Virus record (IMG/VR): IMGVR_UViG_3300042691_033066 | Span: 1 to 64,000 of that record | Source: a virus | DNA: 64,000 nt | Direction: 5' to 3' (one strand) | In this document: positions 8,958-19,000 of the stretch, in pieces | How the letters are laid out: the number at the start of each line of letters is the position of its first letter | How positions within the stretch are numbered: the stretch's first letter is position 1 | Program-made: the position numbers and the translations under genes | Notes under the pieces: generated by a model | The model's database searches: none | The model's input: the letters and a program-made list of their open reading frames with translations, nothing else | What the model was told of the DNA's origin: nothing

Positions 8958-10943
8958 ATGGCAGTAAACCAGTCAATTACAAAAAAATTCACTCCAAATT
9001 ATAAAGACGTTAAGTACTTATCAAAGAATTTTGCCGAATATAGACAAAATTTGATTGAGTTTGCTAGAACATACTATCCAAATACGTACACGGATTTTAA
9101 CGAAACATCTCCTGGTATGATGTTTATTGAAATGGCTGCATATGTCGGCGATGTACTGTCATTTTATATTGATAACCAATTTAAAGAAAATTTACTACTG
9201 TTTGCAAAAGAAAGAAGAAATATAATATCAATTTCTCAAGCATTTGGTTACAAACCCAGACTCACTTCTCCAGCAACTGTTGACGCTAAAATTTATCAAA
9301 TGGTGCCTGCGTTGGGAGCAAGTTTTAACTATGAACCAGACAAAAGATTCTTTCTAAAAGTAACGACCAACTCTAAGTTTTCATCGGACACAACTCCTCC
9401 AAAGACGTTTACTTCTATAGACGATGTGGATTTCTCTGATCCAGCAGGAAGAGAATTAAGAATTCTGTCTCGTGATGCCAATAATGCACCAACAATGTAT
9501 GTTGCTTCTAAAAAGATAAAATTAGTTGCTGCTAACACAAAAACAATAACATTTGGATTTGGTGCTCCACAAAAGTTTACAAAAGTAGAAATCCCTGACA
9601 GTGATTTTATTTCAATAGTAGATGTTGAAGATTCTGATGGTAACAGATGGTACGAAGTAGATTATCTAGGACAAGATTTAGTTATAGAAGAACGTAATGT
9701 AGTAACACGAAATTCTGATGGATTCTTTTCAGAAGAGGCTCTTGTAACTGGATCTTTATCACCATCAAAACTTGCTATATTTAGAAAAAAACCGAGACGA
9801 TTTGTTACACGATTGAATGAAGATCTTAAAGCTGAAATCTGGTTTGGTTCTGGAGTTGGAGATGTGGATGAATCAATCGTCACATTAAATTCGACACAAA
9901 TAGCAAATTCTAAATATGACCAACGAGTTGCAAATAAAGCAATAGATCCAACGGATTTCATAAATTCTGATACATTTGGTTTAGCTCCATCAAACACAAC
10001 GCTCACCGTTACGTATCTTGTTGGCGGTGGTGTTGAATCAAATGTTCCATCCAACACAATAACAAAAGTTGATTTGATAAATGTCGCCAACAGACCAACC
10101 GACTACGCACCAGCAGAACAGAATTTATATGCACAAGTCTTATCAAGTATAACAATATTAAATGAAGAACCTGCTCGTGGCGGCGGTGGCATACAGACAA
10201 TTGAAGAAATACGTCAGAACGCACTGGCATTCTTTAACGCTCAAAATCGTGTGGTTACCGATAAAGATTATATTGTACGTTCGTTGGCAATGCCGGCACA
10301 ATTTGGACAAGTTGCAAAGGTATTTGTTGTCCGAGACGAACAGATTAATTCAATAGGACTGCAAGGAACCGGGTCGTTGGTTTTGAACAATGATGCAAAT
10401 CCATTCAACGATAGATCATATGTAATTGATCCCGTGGCACCAAATTCTATAAATTTATATGTACTAGGATATGATGATCAAAAACGGTTAAGTCCGTTGA
10501 ACATGTCAGTGAAGAAAAATTTAGCAAAATACTTAGAACAATTTAGAATATTAACCGACGATGTTAATATTTTGGATGCATTTGTTGTTAACGTCGGCGT
10601 AGAGTTTCATGTAGTTGTATATAGAAACTATAACATGAACGATGTCGTTGCTCGTTGTATTGATGCAATAAAAGATTTTTTTGATATTGACAAATGGCAA
10701 ATTAACCAACCAATCATTTTGAATGATCTACGACTGACCATAGGTTCGGTGGAAGGCGTACAAACTGTTACGCATGTCACAATAACAAATAAGTATAGAT
10801 TTAAAGATGGTCGTGACTATTATGAATATAGATATCCAATTGATGAAGCAACTGCTGACGATATAATTTATCCTTCGCTTGATCCATGTATATTTGAAAT
10901 TAGATATCCTGAAACTGATATCGTTGGATTTGCTCGTCAATAA
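8958..10943 (+). CDS. Baseplate wedge protein (T4 gp6 / baseplate J-like)
   Basis: YTDFNETSPGMMFIEMAAYVGDVLSFY, EEIRQNALAFFNAQNRVVTDKDY. Confidence 0.88.
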   Translation: MAVNQSITKKFTPNYKDVKYLSKNFAEYRQNLIEFARTYYPNTYTDFNETSPGMMFIEMAAYVGDVLSFYIDNQFKENLLLFAKERRNIISISQAFGYKPRLTSPATVDAKIYQMVPALGASFNYEPDKRFFLKVTTNSKFSSDTTPPKTFTSIDDVDFSDPAGRELRILSRDANNAPTMYVASKKIKLVAANTKTITFGFGAPQKFTKVEIPDSDFISIVDVEDSDGNRWYEVDYLGQDLVIEERNVVTRNSDGFFSEEALVTGSLSPSKLAIFRKKPRRFVTRLNEDLKAEIWFGSGVGDVDESIVTLNSTQIANSKYDQRVANKAIDPTDFINSDTFGLAPSNTTLTVTYLVGGGVESNVPSNTITKVDLINVANRPTDYAPAEQNLYAQVLSSITILNEEPARGGGGIQTIEEIRQNALAFFNAQNRVVTDKDYIVRSLAMPAQFGQVAKVFVVRDEQINSIGLQGTGSLVLNNDANPFNDRSYVIDPVAPNSINLYVLGYDDQKRLSPLNMSVKKNLAKYLEQFRILTDDVNILDAFVVNVGVEFHVVVYRNYNMNDVVARCIDAIKDFFDIDKWQINQPIILNDLRLTIGSVEGVQTVTHVTITNKYRFKDGRDYYEYRYPIDEATADDIIYPSLDPCIFEIRYPETDIVGFARQ

Positions 10944-10956
10944 ATGAGATGATACT

Positions 10957-11997
10957 ATGAGAACTTTTATAAAACCCACGCAAGACGCAACTCTATACGA
11001 ACGATACCCTAGTCTTAATTCTGGACTTGATGAAATTATTGAAATAGGTAAGGTTATAAAGACAGGTGATGGTTCAGCTATGTACGCAACGGCATCTACC
11101 AGAATCGTACTAGATTTCGACATCCCGTCCAGTCAACAATATCATCCAAGTGCTTCTTACTATCTAAATTTACGTATAGCAAACGCAAATAACGTAAACA
11201 GGTATCAGAAGTTAGAAGTATATCCAGTATCACGGAGTTGGACAGAGGGAAGTGGATATAGTTATCAAGATGTTATAAATAATCAAGATGGTGTTTCTTG
11301 GGAGTCCGCAAGTAATGCCACTCCTTGGGTAGAATTGGGAGGTGACATCGTAACATCCATATCGGCTTCATATACATTTACAAAAGTTCCGCTTGACGAT
11401 GTAAAGATAGATGTTACTAGTTTAATAAGACCTGTGGTAAATAATACAAATTGGTATGAATGGAATGGACTCCTAATAAAATTACCAGATCTTGATGAAA
11501 TTGATGCTAATAACGTTGGAAATGTAAAATTTTTTTCTGTAAATACTTCAACAATATTTAGTCCAACACTTGAAATTGTATGGAACAACCAAACGTTTGT
11601 AACGGGTTCATTGAAAAGAATTACAAACGGTAATGTTTCAATCATCCCAAAAAATTTAAAAGAATCGTATACCACGGGCGAAATTGATAAAGTATATTTG
11701 GTAGTAAGAGATCCATTTCCCGACAAACGATTTGACGCAGTTCAACGTTATAGAACAGTGTATTATCTACCATCGGAATCATATTTTAGAATACGAGATG
11801 CAGTTTCAAATGTGACCATACACGACTTTGATCAATACTCTAGTATAAATTGTGATTCATCTGGTTCATATTTTATTTTAGATACTACGGGATTGGAAAT
11901 TAATCGCTACTACTCCTTAGATTTAAAAGTTAAGTCAGACAGTCTGGTATTTTATCCAGAATTTAATTATACGTTCAAGGTAGATACTGATGTCTAA
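10957..11997 (+). CDS. Baseplate-associated structural protein (DNRLRE/CBM-like beta-sandwich)
   Basis: DATLYE..NSGLDEIIE, SWTEGSG..GVSW, PTLEIVW; baseplate context. Confidence 0.6.
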   Translation: MRTFIKPTQDATLYERYPSLNSGLDEIIEIGKVIKTGDGSAMYATASTRIVLDFDIPSSQQYHPSASYYLNLRIANANNVNRYQKLEVYPVSRSWTEGSGYSYQDVINNQDGVSWESASNATPWVELGGDIVTSISASYTFTKVPLDDVKIDVTSLIRPVVNNTNWYEWNGLLIKLPDLDEIDANNVGNVKFFSVNTSTIFSPTLEIVWNNQTFVTGSLKRITNGNVSIIPKNLKESYTTGEIDKVYLVVRDPFPDKRFDAVQRYRTVYYLPSESYFRIRDAVSNVTIHDFDQYSSINCDSSGSYFILDTTGLEINRYYSLDLKVKSDSLVFYPEFNYTFKVDTDV

Positions 11998-12406
11998 TAT
12001 ATTAAATTCATACATTTCAAAATTTTTAGTAAATCTAAAAAAGGAAAACGATGATGTTGTTAAGGTAACAACAAAATATTTTTCTCCTCAAGGAGATGTG
12101 TATGAATTAGATAAACGAACTATTTCTCCCAATTTAATTCAAACTACACAATCTCTTCAAGAGTTAAATCCCGAAATTTCTGATGTATATCCATTCAAAA
12201 CAGTAACGCCATTGGACTACGACGGATCTACGTTGGTATTCGTACCCGCTACGGACACGATACCAACTGCATCACAGGGATACTACGCACCTATTTATTT
12301 TGAGAGATATAATTCAGAAATTATTGCAAACATAGATACTCAATTTCTTGAGTTAGAACCCGCTACGTTAAGTGCTACAGAAATAACGACCGTGAATTTT
12401 AGTTAA
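11990..12406 (+). CDS. Hypothetical structural protein
   Basis: 138-aa ORF overlapping the previous stop. Confidence 0.6.
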   Translation: MSNILNSYISKFLVNLKKENDDVVKVTTKYFSPQGDVYELDKRTISPNLIQTTQSLQELNPEISDVYPFKTVTPLDYDGSTLVFVPATDTIPTASQGYYAPIYFERYNSEIIANIDTQFLELEPATLSATEITTVNFS

Positions 12407-12409
12407 TAT

Positions 12410-13270
12410 ATGCCAAATCAAAATAATTTTAGAAGTAACGTAACAACAACTGAAGACATACGATATACCGCATCTAGAATAGTACAAATTCCAGAAGAAT
12501 CAATTTTTTTGGAAGAAATTGCTTCTAGTTTTGGATACGACGGTGAGGATAACGTAGAAATACATTTCTATACAATTCCCGGTAATCAAATAATATTGAG
12601 TACCGTGGTAAAAATAAACGAGGATATTCTAAAAGCTCACATAGTCAGTTATTCTGATGACACTTACAAAAATTATTTACGGGTAGACCTAACTAAGTTA
12701 TTCGTAGATAAAAATCTAGTATTGATTCCTGGTCAGTACAAAATGGTGATGAATTTCTTCTCAGACGAAATTGGTGGCTATACAGATCGTCGTTTGACTA
12801 TTGAAACCATATCTCCTTCACGAACAGAAGTGGAACTAGTGTTTAATAACACGGTTGATGACATAGTTAGGAATGAAAATGAGTATTTTTTGAAAGAATT
12901 TGTAGATCCTTCGGTTACCAAGACTGATGCGGTTGGTGTGGCGGAGAAAATATTTTTTTCTGGCGTAGCGTTAGACAACGCAGACGAAGGAATGACGGCA
13001 AATGTAGTCGTTGGTAATATAGAAGTAAATGATATTCAAGTAACCGATGATACGATTGGTCGGGTGGACAGATTGAACCTACGTAATGTTTTTGATGCAC
13101 AACTTGATGATTTCTTACAAGATTTGTTCAAATTTATACGTGAAGAAATAGTTATTAATGGTGACGATAGAATTCAACAACAGCAATATCAAGATATTAT
13201 ACGAAAGGTTGTTGAAGAAAAAATCGTTAACATGCGGCAAACGATGGATTCCCGTATAAAGATAAGTTAA
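12410..13270 (+). CDS. Putative baseplate structural protein
   Basis: GQYKMVMNFF, IETISPSRTEVEL; baseplate context. Confidence 0.6.
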   Translation: MPNQNNFRSNVTTTEDIRYTASRIVQIPEESIFLEEIASSFGYDGEDNVEIHFYTIPGNQIILSTVVKINEDILKAHIVSYSDDTYKNYLRVDLTKLFVDKNLVLIPGQYKMVMNFFSDEIGGYTDRRLTIETISPSRTEVELVFNNTVDDIVRNENEYFLKEFVDPSVTKTDAVGVAEKIFFSGVALDNADEGMTANVVVGNIEVNDIQVTDDTIGRVDRLNLRNVFDAQLDDFLQDLFKFIREEIVINGDDRIQQQQYQDIIRKVVEEKIVNMRQTMDSRIKIS

Positions 13271-13290
13271 ATTATAATGGATTTTAATAT

Positions 13291-15558
13291 ATGACATCTC
13301 CTTTTAGGTTTGGTGACGAATTTGGTGACGAATTTACGCAGTTCATACCGGATGATGGTAATTCTGGTGTAGATTCGGGCAACACTGGTCAAGCAGGCGG
13401 CGGAACAATTACAAATACTGGCGGTAATACCACGACAGGTGGTGGTATAACCACTACCACTGATGGCGGCGGTAATAATAACTGTGGTAACCAAGACGAC
13501 TTTTTGGGATGTGTTGATAATAACGGAACTGCCAGATATTCAACGGGAACTGCTAATAATTTTGGAGAATGTGGTACTTACCAAGCCTACGATTTACAAT
13601 GTTTAACAACACCGCCACCGTCCACACCAACAAGCAATTGTCCAGAATATGGATCATTTTTACAATGTAGTAGTGTTAATGGATTGGGGATATACGCAGG
13701 TGGAGATGCGGGACCTGGAAAACCCTGCTACACGTTTACTGCTCCTGCAGATGAATGTAAAACACAAATAGAGTGTCCTCCTGTTGGAGAATTCATCCGT
13801 TGCACGGGTCAGCAAACGTCAATTGGAGGAATTGCAGAGTTTTCTAACGGTATACAAAATGGACAGTGCTCAAGTTTCACTAGAGTTGATGAGCAATGTG
13901 GACCAACGGATCCGCCCCCGCCGCCATCATCCCCTCCACCCCCACCACCGTCAGCAGAAGCATGTCCGCCATATCAAGAATTTTTGGGGTGTAATGGATC
14001 TACGGGTACTTTTGCATTTGGTTCAAGAAATCAATTTGGTGAATGTGAAACGTATTCCATACCATATGCAGTTCAGTGCTACAATCCACCTGTATCGCCT
14101 GAGGCATGTCCTCCAGCGGGACAGTTTATACAATGTAATGGTACCACTGGAGTTTATCACGCAGGAAGTAGAGACGCCACCGGACAATGTGGTACGTATA
14201 CGACACCATATGATATAATTGGCGGTTGTGCAGGGGGAGATCCACCAAGCTGTCCAGCAGAAGGTACATTTAAACGGTGCGTAGGTACTACCGGTTATTA
14301 TGAATCTGGTGTAAGCAATGCACAAGGTCAATGTACAGAATACTCACAAGCATATGATGCACAGTGCTATGATCCGCCTCCACCTGATCCAAGTCCATCA
14401 CGAACACCTGCGCCAAGTAGTCCTGCATGTAGTCCATACGGAACATTTATAACATGTACTGCAAATGGAACGGGTATCTATTCAGAAGGTGTTAAAGATG
14501 CATCTGGGGAATGTAAAACATACCAAGTGTCATTTGACGCTCAATGTACAACGTGTCCACAGAACGGTACATTTATACAGTGTGAACAAAGTACGGGTAT
14601 ATACTATACTGGCGTAAAAAATTCGGACGGAACGTGTGCAACAAGACCAAATCCAAACGACAGTAATTGCGTTGTACAATGTCCACCAGCAAATGAATTT
14701 ATTCAATGTGTTGGCAGTGATGCTGTGTATCATACCGGGACATATAATTATAATTTACAACGTTGTGATACAAGAACAGTACCAAACGATTCACAGTGTT
14801 ATAATCCACCGTCGCCATCAAGCACTCCTGCACCAACACCACCACCATCACCACCACCACAGGAAGATTACTGTCCTCCGTATGGAACATTTGATGGGTG
14901 CGCAGGTGACATTGGAATTTATTACCAAGGAACACGTGTTGGTGGTATATGTGAAAAATATCAAATATTTAATGATGAACGGTGCTATCAACCACCGCCG
15001 TCGCCTTCAAACACACCGGTTCCAATATTCCCAACCCCGTCAAACACACCGGTTCCGATACCCCCAACCCCGTCAAACACACCGGCGCCACCGCCATCAA
15101 ATACTCCTCGACCAACCCCATCTAATACACCATTCCCAACTCCTTCGCCATCGCCTGTCCGATGGAGAGATTGCGTTGATGGAATTTTAAAGGACGGAAA
15201 TGCTCCTGCGGCATATAGAGAAGTTAATTATTCTGGTGCAGGCGGGGGAATGTGTTGGGAACCAACGGGAAATGTTGGATTTTCTCCAAGTTTAAGTGAA
15301 GTATTGATGTTCACGTATCAACGAGGATCCAGTGAATTACCACAAGCAAAGAAAATAACGGCAACCAATCCTTCATACGGAAGATCATATTCTGTAACGA
15401 TAACAACTAATTCTGACATAATTATTACGCCAAGTGCATTTACTATAGCACCACGAAAAAGTGTAGAATTTTCTGTAAAAGTTACTCCGCAATTATTAGA
15501 ACAATTAGGTGATGGTAGTTCTACGTTACAAATGTCATTTGATATCATGGAATTGTAA
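13291..15558 (+). CDS. Cys-rich repeat protein with Pro-rich linkers, probably a virion appendage
   Basis: Ten 4-Cys repeats of about 40 aa, a PTPSNT mucin-like tract and a C-terminal Ig-like domain. Confidence 0.8.
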   Translation: MTSPFRFGDEFGDEFTQFIPDDGNSGVDSGNTGQAGGGTITNTGGNTTTGGGITTTTDGGGNNNCGNQDDFLGCVDNNGTARYSTGTANNFGECGTYQAYDLQCLTTPPPSTPTSNCPEYGSFLQCSSVNGLGIYAGGDAGPGKPCYTFTAPADECKTQIECPPVGEFIRCTGQQTSIGGIAEFSNGIQNGQCSSFTRVDEQCGPTDPPPPPSSPPPPPPSAEACPPYQEFLGCNGSTGTFAFGSRNQFGECETYSIPYAVQCYNPPVSPEACPPAGQFIQCNGTTGVYHAGSRDATGQCGTYTTPYDIIGGCAGGDPPSCPAEGTFKRCVGTTGYYESGVSNAQGQCTEYSQAYDAQCYDPPPPDPSPSRTPAPSSPACSPYGTFITCTANGTGIYSEGVKDASGECKTYQVSFDAQCTTCPQNGTFIQCEQSTGIYYTGVKNSDGTCATRPNPNDSNCVVQCPPANEFIQCVGSDAVYHTGTYNYNLQRCDTRTVPNDSQCYNPPSPSSTPAPTPPPSPPPQEDYCPPYGTFDGCAGDIGIYYQGTRVGGICEKYQIFNDERCYQPPPSPSNTPVPIFPTPSNTPVPIPPTPSNTPAPPPSNTPRPTPSNTPFPTPSPSPVRWRDCVDGILKDGNAPAAYREVNYSGAGGGMCWEPTGNVGFSPSLSEVLMFTYQRGSSELPQAKKITATNPSYGRSYSVTITTNSDIIITPSAFTIAPRKSVEFSVKVTPQLLEQLGDGSSTLQMSFDIMEL
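13483..14985 (+). repeat. Ten protein-level 4-Cys repeats (C-x8-C...C...C)
   Basis: CGNQDDFLGC, CPEYGSFLQC, CPPVGEFIRC, CPPYQEFLGC, CPPAGQFIQC, CPAEGTFKRC, CSPYGTFITC, CPQNGTFIQC, CPPANEFIQC, CPPYGTFDGC. Confidence 0.9.
14998..15150 (+). repeat. 33-bp tandem repeat decaying into PTPSNT-coding units
   Basis: CCAACCCCGTCAAACACACCGG occurs twice, 33 nt apart, with a diverged copy upstream. Confidence 0.8.
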
Positions 15559-15560
15559 TT

Positions 15561-16055
15561 ATGGGAATCATAAATTACACAAAAGGAAATGTTCCTTACT
15601 TAATTAGTTATGAGCCATATACGTTAGACAGTACAAACGTGGCATGTGATCTTATCACTGATATGATATCATTTGATTTGCGCACACGACCAGTCCCAAC
15701 TACTGTAAATTATTTTGTTGGGGCCAGATCTTCATATGTTACGACATTGGCAATAAAAAATATTACGTTAAACGCAAAGTTGAATGTAATTGTTGAATTT
15801 GACAACCAAATTTTTATTTTGGATAAAGAACAATCTACAAACAAACTCACTGTAGATCTTTCGCCAGGACAGACAAAAGAATATGGGATAGAACTAAACA
15901 AATCTAGATTAGATTCACGAGTTGATCCTGTTGGATTTTTAAATAATATAACATTGACGATAAAAAATTATGCAAATGGTTCCATGATAATAAAATCAGT
16001 TACCACAAATCTTCTGGCAGAAAAGTTTTTACCAGACACAATAAACGTAGAATAA
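15561..16055 (+). CDS. Hypothetical Ig-like structural protein
   Basis: Beta-rich; TLAIKNIT..VDLSPGQTKEY resembles the C-terminal domain of the preceding gene. Confidence 0.6.
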   Translation: MGIINYTKGNVPYLISYEPYTLDSTNVACDLITDMISFDLRTRPVPTTVNYFVGARSSYVTTLAIKNITLNAKLNVIVEFDNQIFILDKEQSTNKLTVDLSPGQTKEYGIELNKSRLDSRVDPVGFLNNITLTIKNYANGSMIIKSVTTNLLAEKFLPDTINVE

Positions 16056-16056
16056 A

Positions 16057-19000
16057 ATGTATAAATTTTCAGTTCCAGTCATTGTACAAATTATACCCAA
16101 AAGAGAACCTGCCAGATTAACTTCAACTGTGCGGGTAAATATCTTTCCTGCTGCAACAACTGAGCAAACTGTTAAAATAAATTATCCATTCAATATAACT
16201 CCAAAGCCTGTTGAGATAATTTTATCTGAACCGATAATAGCAACAGCATATCAATATTTACAAAATATATTTAATACTTACGTAGATGAAGATAGAACGT
16301 TAAAAACGTTATTAAACTACGGTGAGGACAGACAATCCGTTATATTAGCAAAACGATATGGTAATATGGATATTAATGGGTTGGGTAGAATCCAATTAAA
16401 ACTTCTACAACCAGTACCCGACGACATTAGTACAACCTCTACGGTATTCTTGAGTAGAGAAGTAGCAAAAACACTAATTGACACCGTAAGAATTAGATTT
16501 GCGCCTCAACTGGATAAAACCCCGTACCTCAGACCAAAAAATACTAAAGTAGACACAGGACTATCTACGGGTAAGTATTTACCAAATGTCACGTTACAAA
16601 GATTGCAATTGAGTTCTGGTTCAACTGGTTTGGTGGACGAGTTTAAAAATAAAACGTTTGAAGATGAAATTTTTAGAAAGTGGTATTCATACGATTTCAA
16701 TTCCACTGAACTCAATTTAGATTTTTCTGATTACGACAACTTCGTGTTTTATGGCTCTGCTACCATGAGACTGGAAGCATTTAAAGAAAAAATATCAAGA
16801 ATAAATCGCATAGAACAAAATAGAATTCAATTTTTGTCCTCATCAACCTACACAGTAACTACGAGTTCTGCGGGAGCAGTATTTGTACAGGAAAAAAGTG
16901 CGCAGTATGCAAAAGAAAAAGAAGAGGTAATTAGAGGATTTGACCGATACGAACAATATTTGTATTTTACACCATCTGGTTCGGACAGTCCTTACTCGGC
17001 GTCGGCATATTACGCTGATACTGGAACCGAGTATAATTCTATTGGATACTGGCCTAAAAATGAATCGGGGAGTTTATACTTAATAACCAACCCTATTACA
17101 GAAGAATGGTTTACTACGCAACTTGAAATAGCACAACGGTTTGATGAGTTTAATGAAAATAACCTAGTAAATACCGTCCCAACTCACGTAAGAGAAGACG
17201 ATAACAACGCAGCGTATATTACGTTTGTGTCAATGATTGGGCATTTCTTTGATAACATCAGACCATACATTGATCAATTTACTCAAATTTATAGTAGAAA
17301 TTTAAATCCAAATGAACAACTTTCAAAGGATTTAATCAATGAAATTGCCGAATCAATCGGGTTTAGATTACCAACACTAAATTCAATCTATAATTTAACA
17401 GATAATATATTGGGTACGGTGGATGTCGAACCAAGACGGGATCTGACCGCAGAAATTTATAAACGTTTGTTACATAACGTACCATTTTATGCAAAAGCTA
17501 AGGGTACTAAAACTGCATTAGACGCATTCATTAGAACGTTTGGAATCACACCACAACTGATTTCTGTACGAGAAACGGGAACTCCTACTAAAAATTCCTA
17601 TTATACATTTGATGAATATTCCACTGGATTGGATTTTGATGAAACAAAAAATTCATATGTGAGATTGCCAATATCAACATCGTTGCGTAACCCCACTACG
17701 TTACAATTTAACATGTCTGCGGCAAAAAATAAGACAATGACAGTGTTAACTGGAGACGATAAGTGGGCATTGAACGTTGTTGTACATCCATCATCATCTG
17801 ATTTGGGAAGATTTGAAATTACCTCTGGTAGTAGTAATACACGAATATTGTCTAGTAGTTATTATGAAATTTACAACGATGAATTAATAAACGTTGCAAT
17901 TCAAAATTATACTACGGGTACGTCTTCTCTATATGTTACGCAGACAGAAGGTGAAGATATTATATTTACAGATGCCGCAACGGAAACTACATATTTTAAC
18001 GATATGTGGAAGGACACGCAATATGTCTATGTCGGTGGAGCAGGTCCACGAGTGGTGTCTGGTTATGAAGGCACGGTGGACGATTTACGTTTGTGGAAAA
18101 CAATTCTTTCCGAAGAAACGTTATTGAATTCCGCATTTGATCCTGGTTCAAATGCAGGTGACACATACGATGCCGCCTCAGACGAGTTGTTGGTAGTCTT
18201 AAACTTTAACAAAATAAATACTGGTTCCGTAGAAGCGTCTTCTTCTATAACAAACCAAAGTCCATACAAAAATATATCGGTATCTCCGTCTCTTGAGGAA
18301 CTGTTCATATTTAATGTGAGCGGATCTGATTTTAACAGATATACAAAGGCAATTCGCCAAGAAATGGCAATCGTTGGATCCACTGGGAAAGTTTCAAATA
18401 AAATTAAAATTGCTGCCGAACCAACGTTTATTAAACAATCGACGGGTGATAAACGACTATACAGAACGCAAAGTATCGTATCCCCAGAAACTAAGAGATT
18501 GCAACGTGGTAGAAACAAAGTCATCGTTGGTGTATCTCCAACAGAAATCATCAATCAAAATATAATACGTAATTTTGGTTATGAAAATATAAATGCAATT
18601 CTTGGATCACCAACTACTCTATATACTACATTTGAAAAATCACTGGCAACACTAAAGAAACATTACCAGCAGTATTATTATGTTGATGTGAACACCAATA
18701 GATTTGTCCGAATTATGTCGGAACTGTCTTCAGTATTGGATCAAGTGGTTGATTATTTTATTCCGTCAAAAGCTACTTTGTTGAAGGGCATTTTGATAGA
18801 ACCAAATATCTTGGAACAAGTAAAAATTCCGCCGGTTAAAAACATACGATTCTACGGAAAAGACACCAGAAAGACATTAAATGCTCCTGGATCACTAACC
18901 AGCAGTAATTCCGATTATGGGGCAACCTTTAATGTTACAAAAACTATTGATGTCAAACCAACCATACCAATTGCAGAGTATCCGACGTATAAACAAATTA

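Noticed and set aside
14636-15190. 184-aa alternative-frame ORF with a poly-His run
   Set aside because: It is the shifted reading of CCA-rich proline codons in the 13291 gene; no SD or frameshift signal seen.
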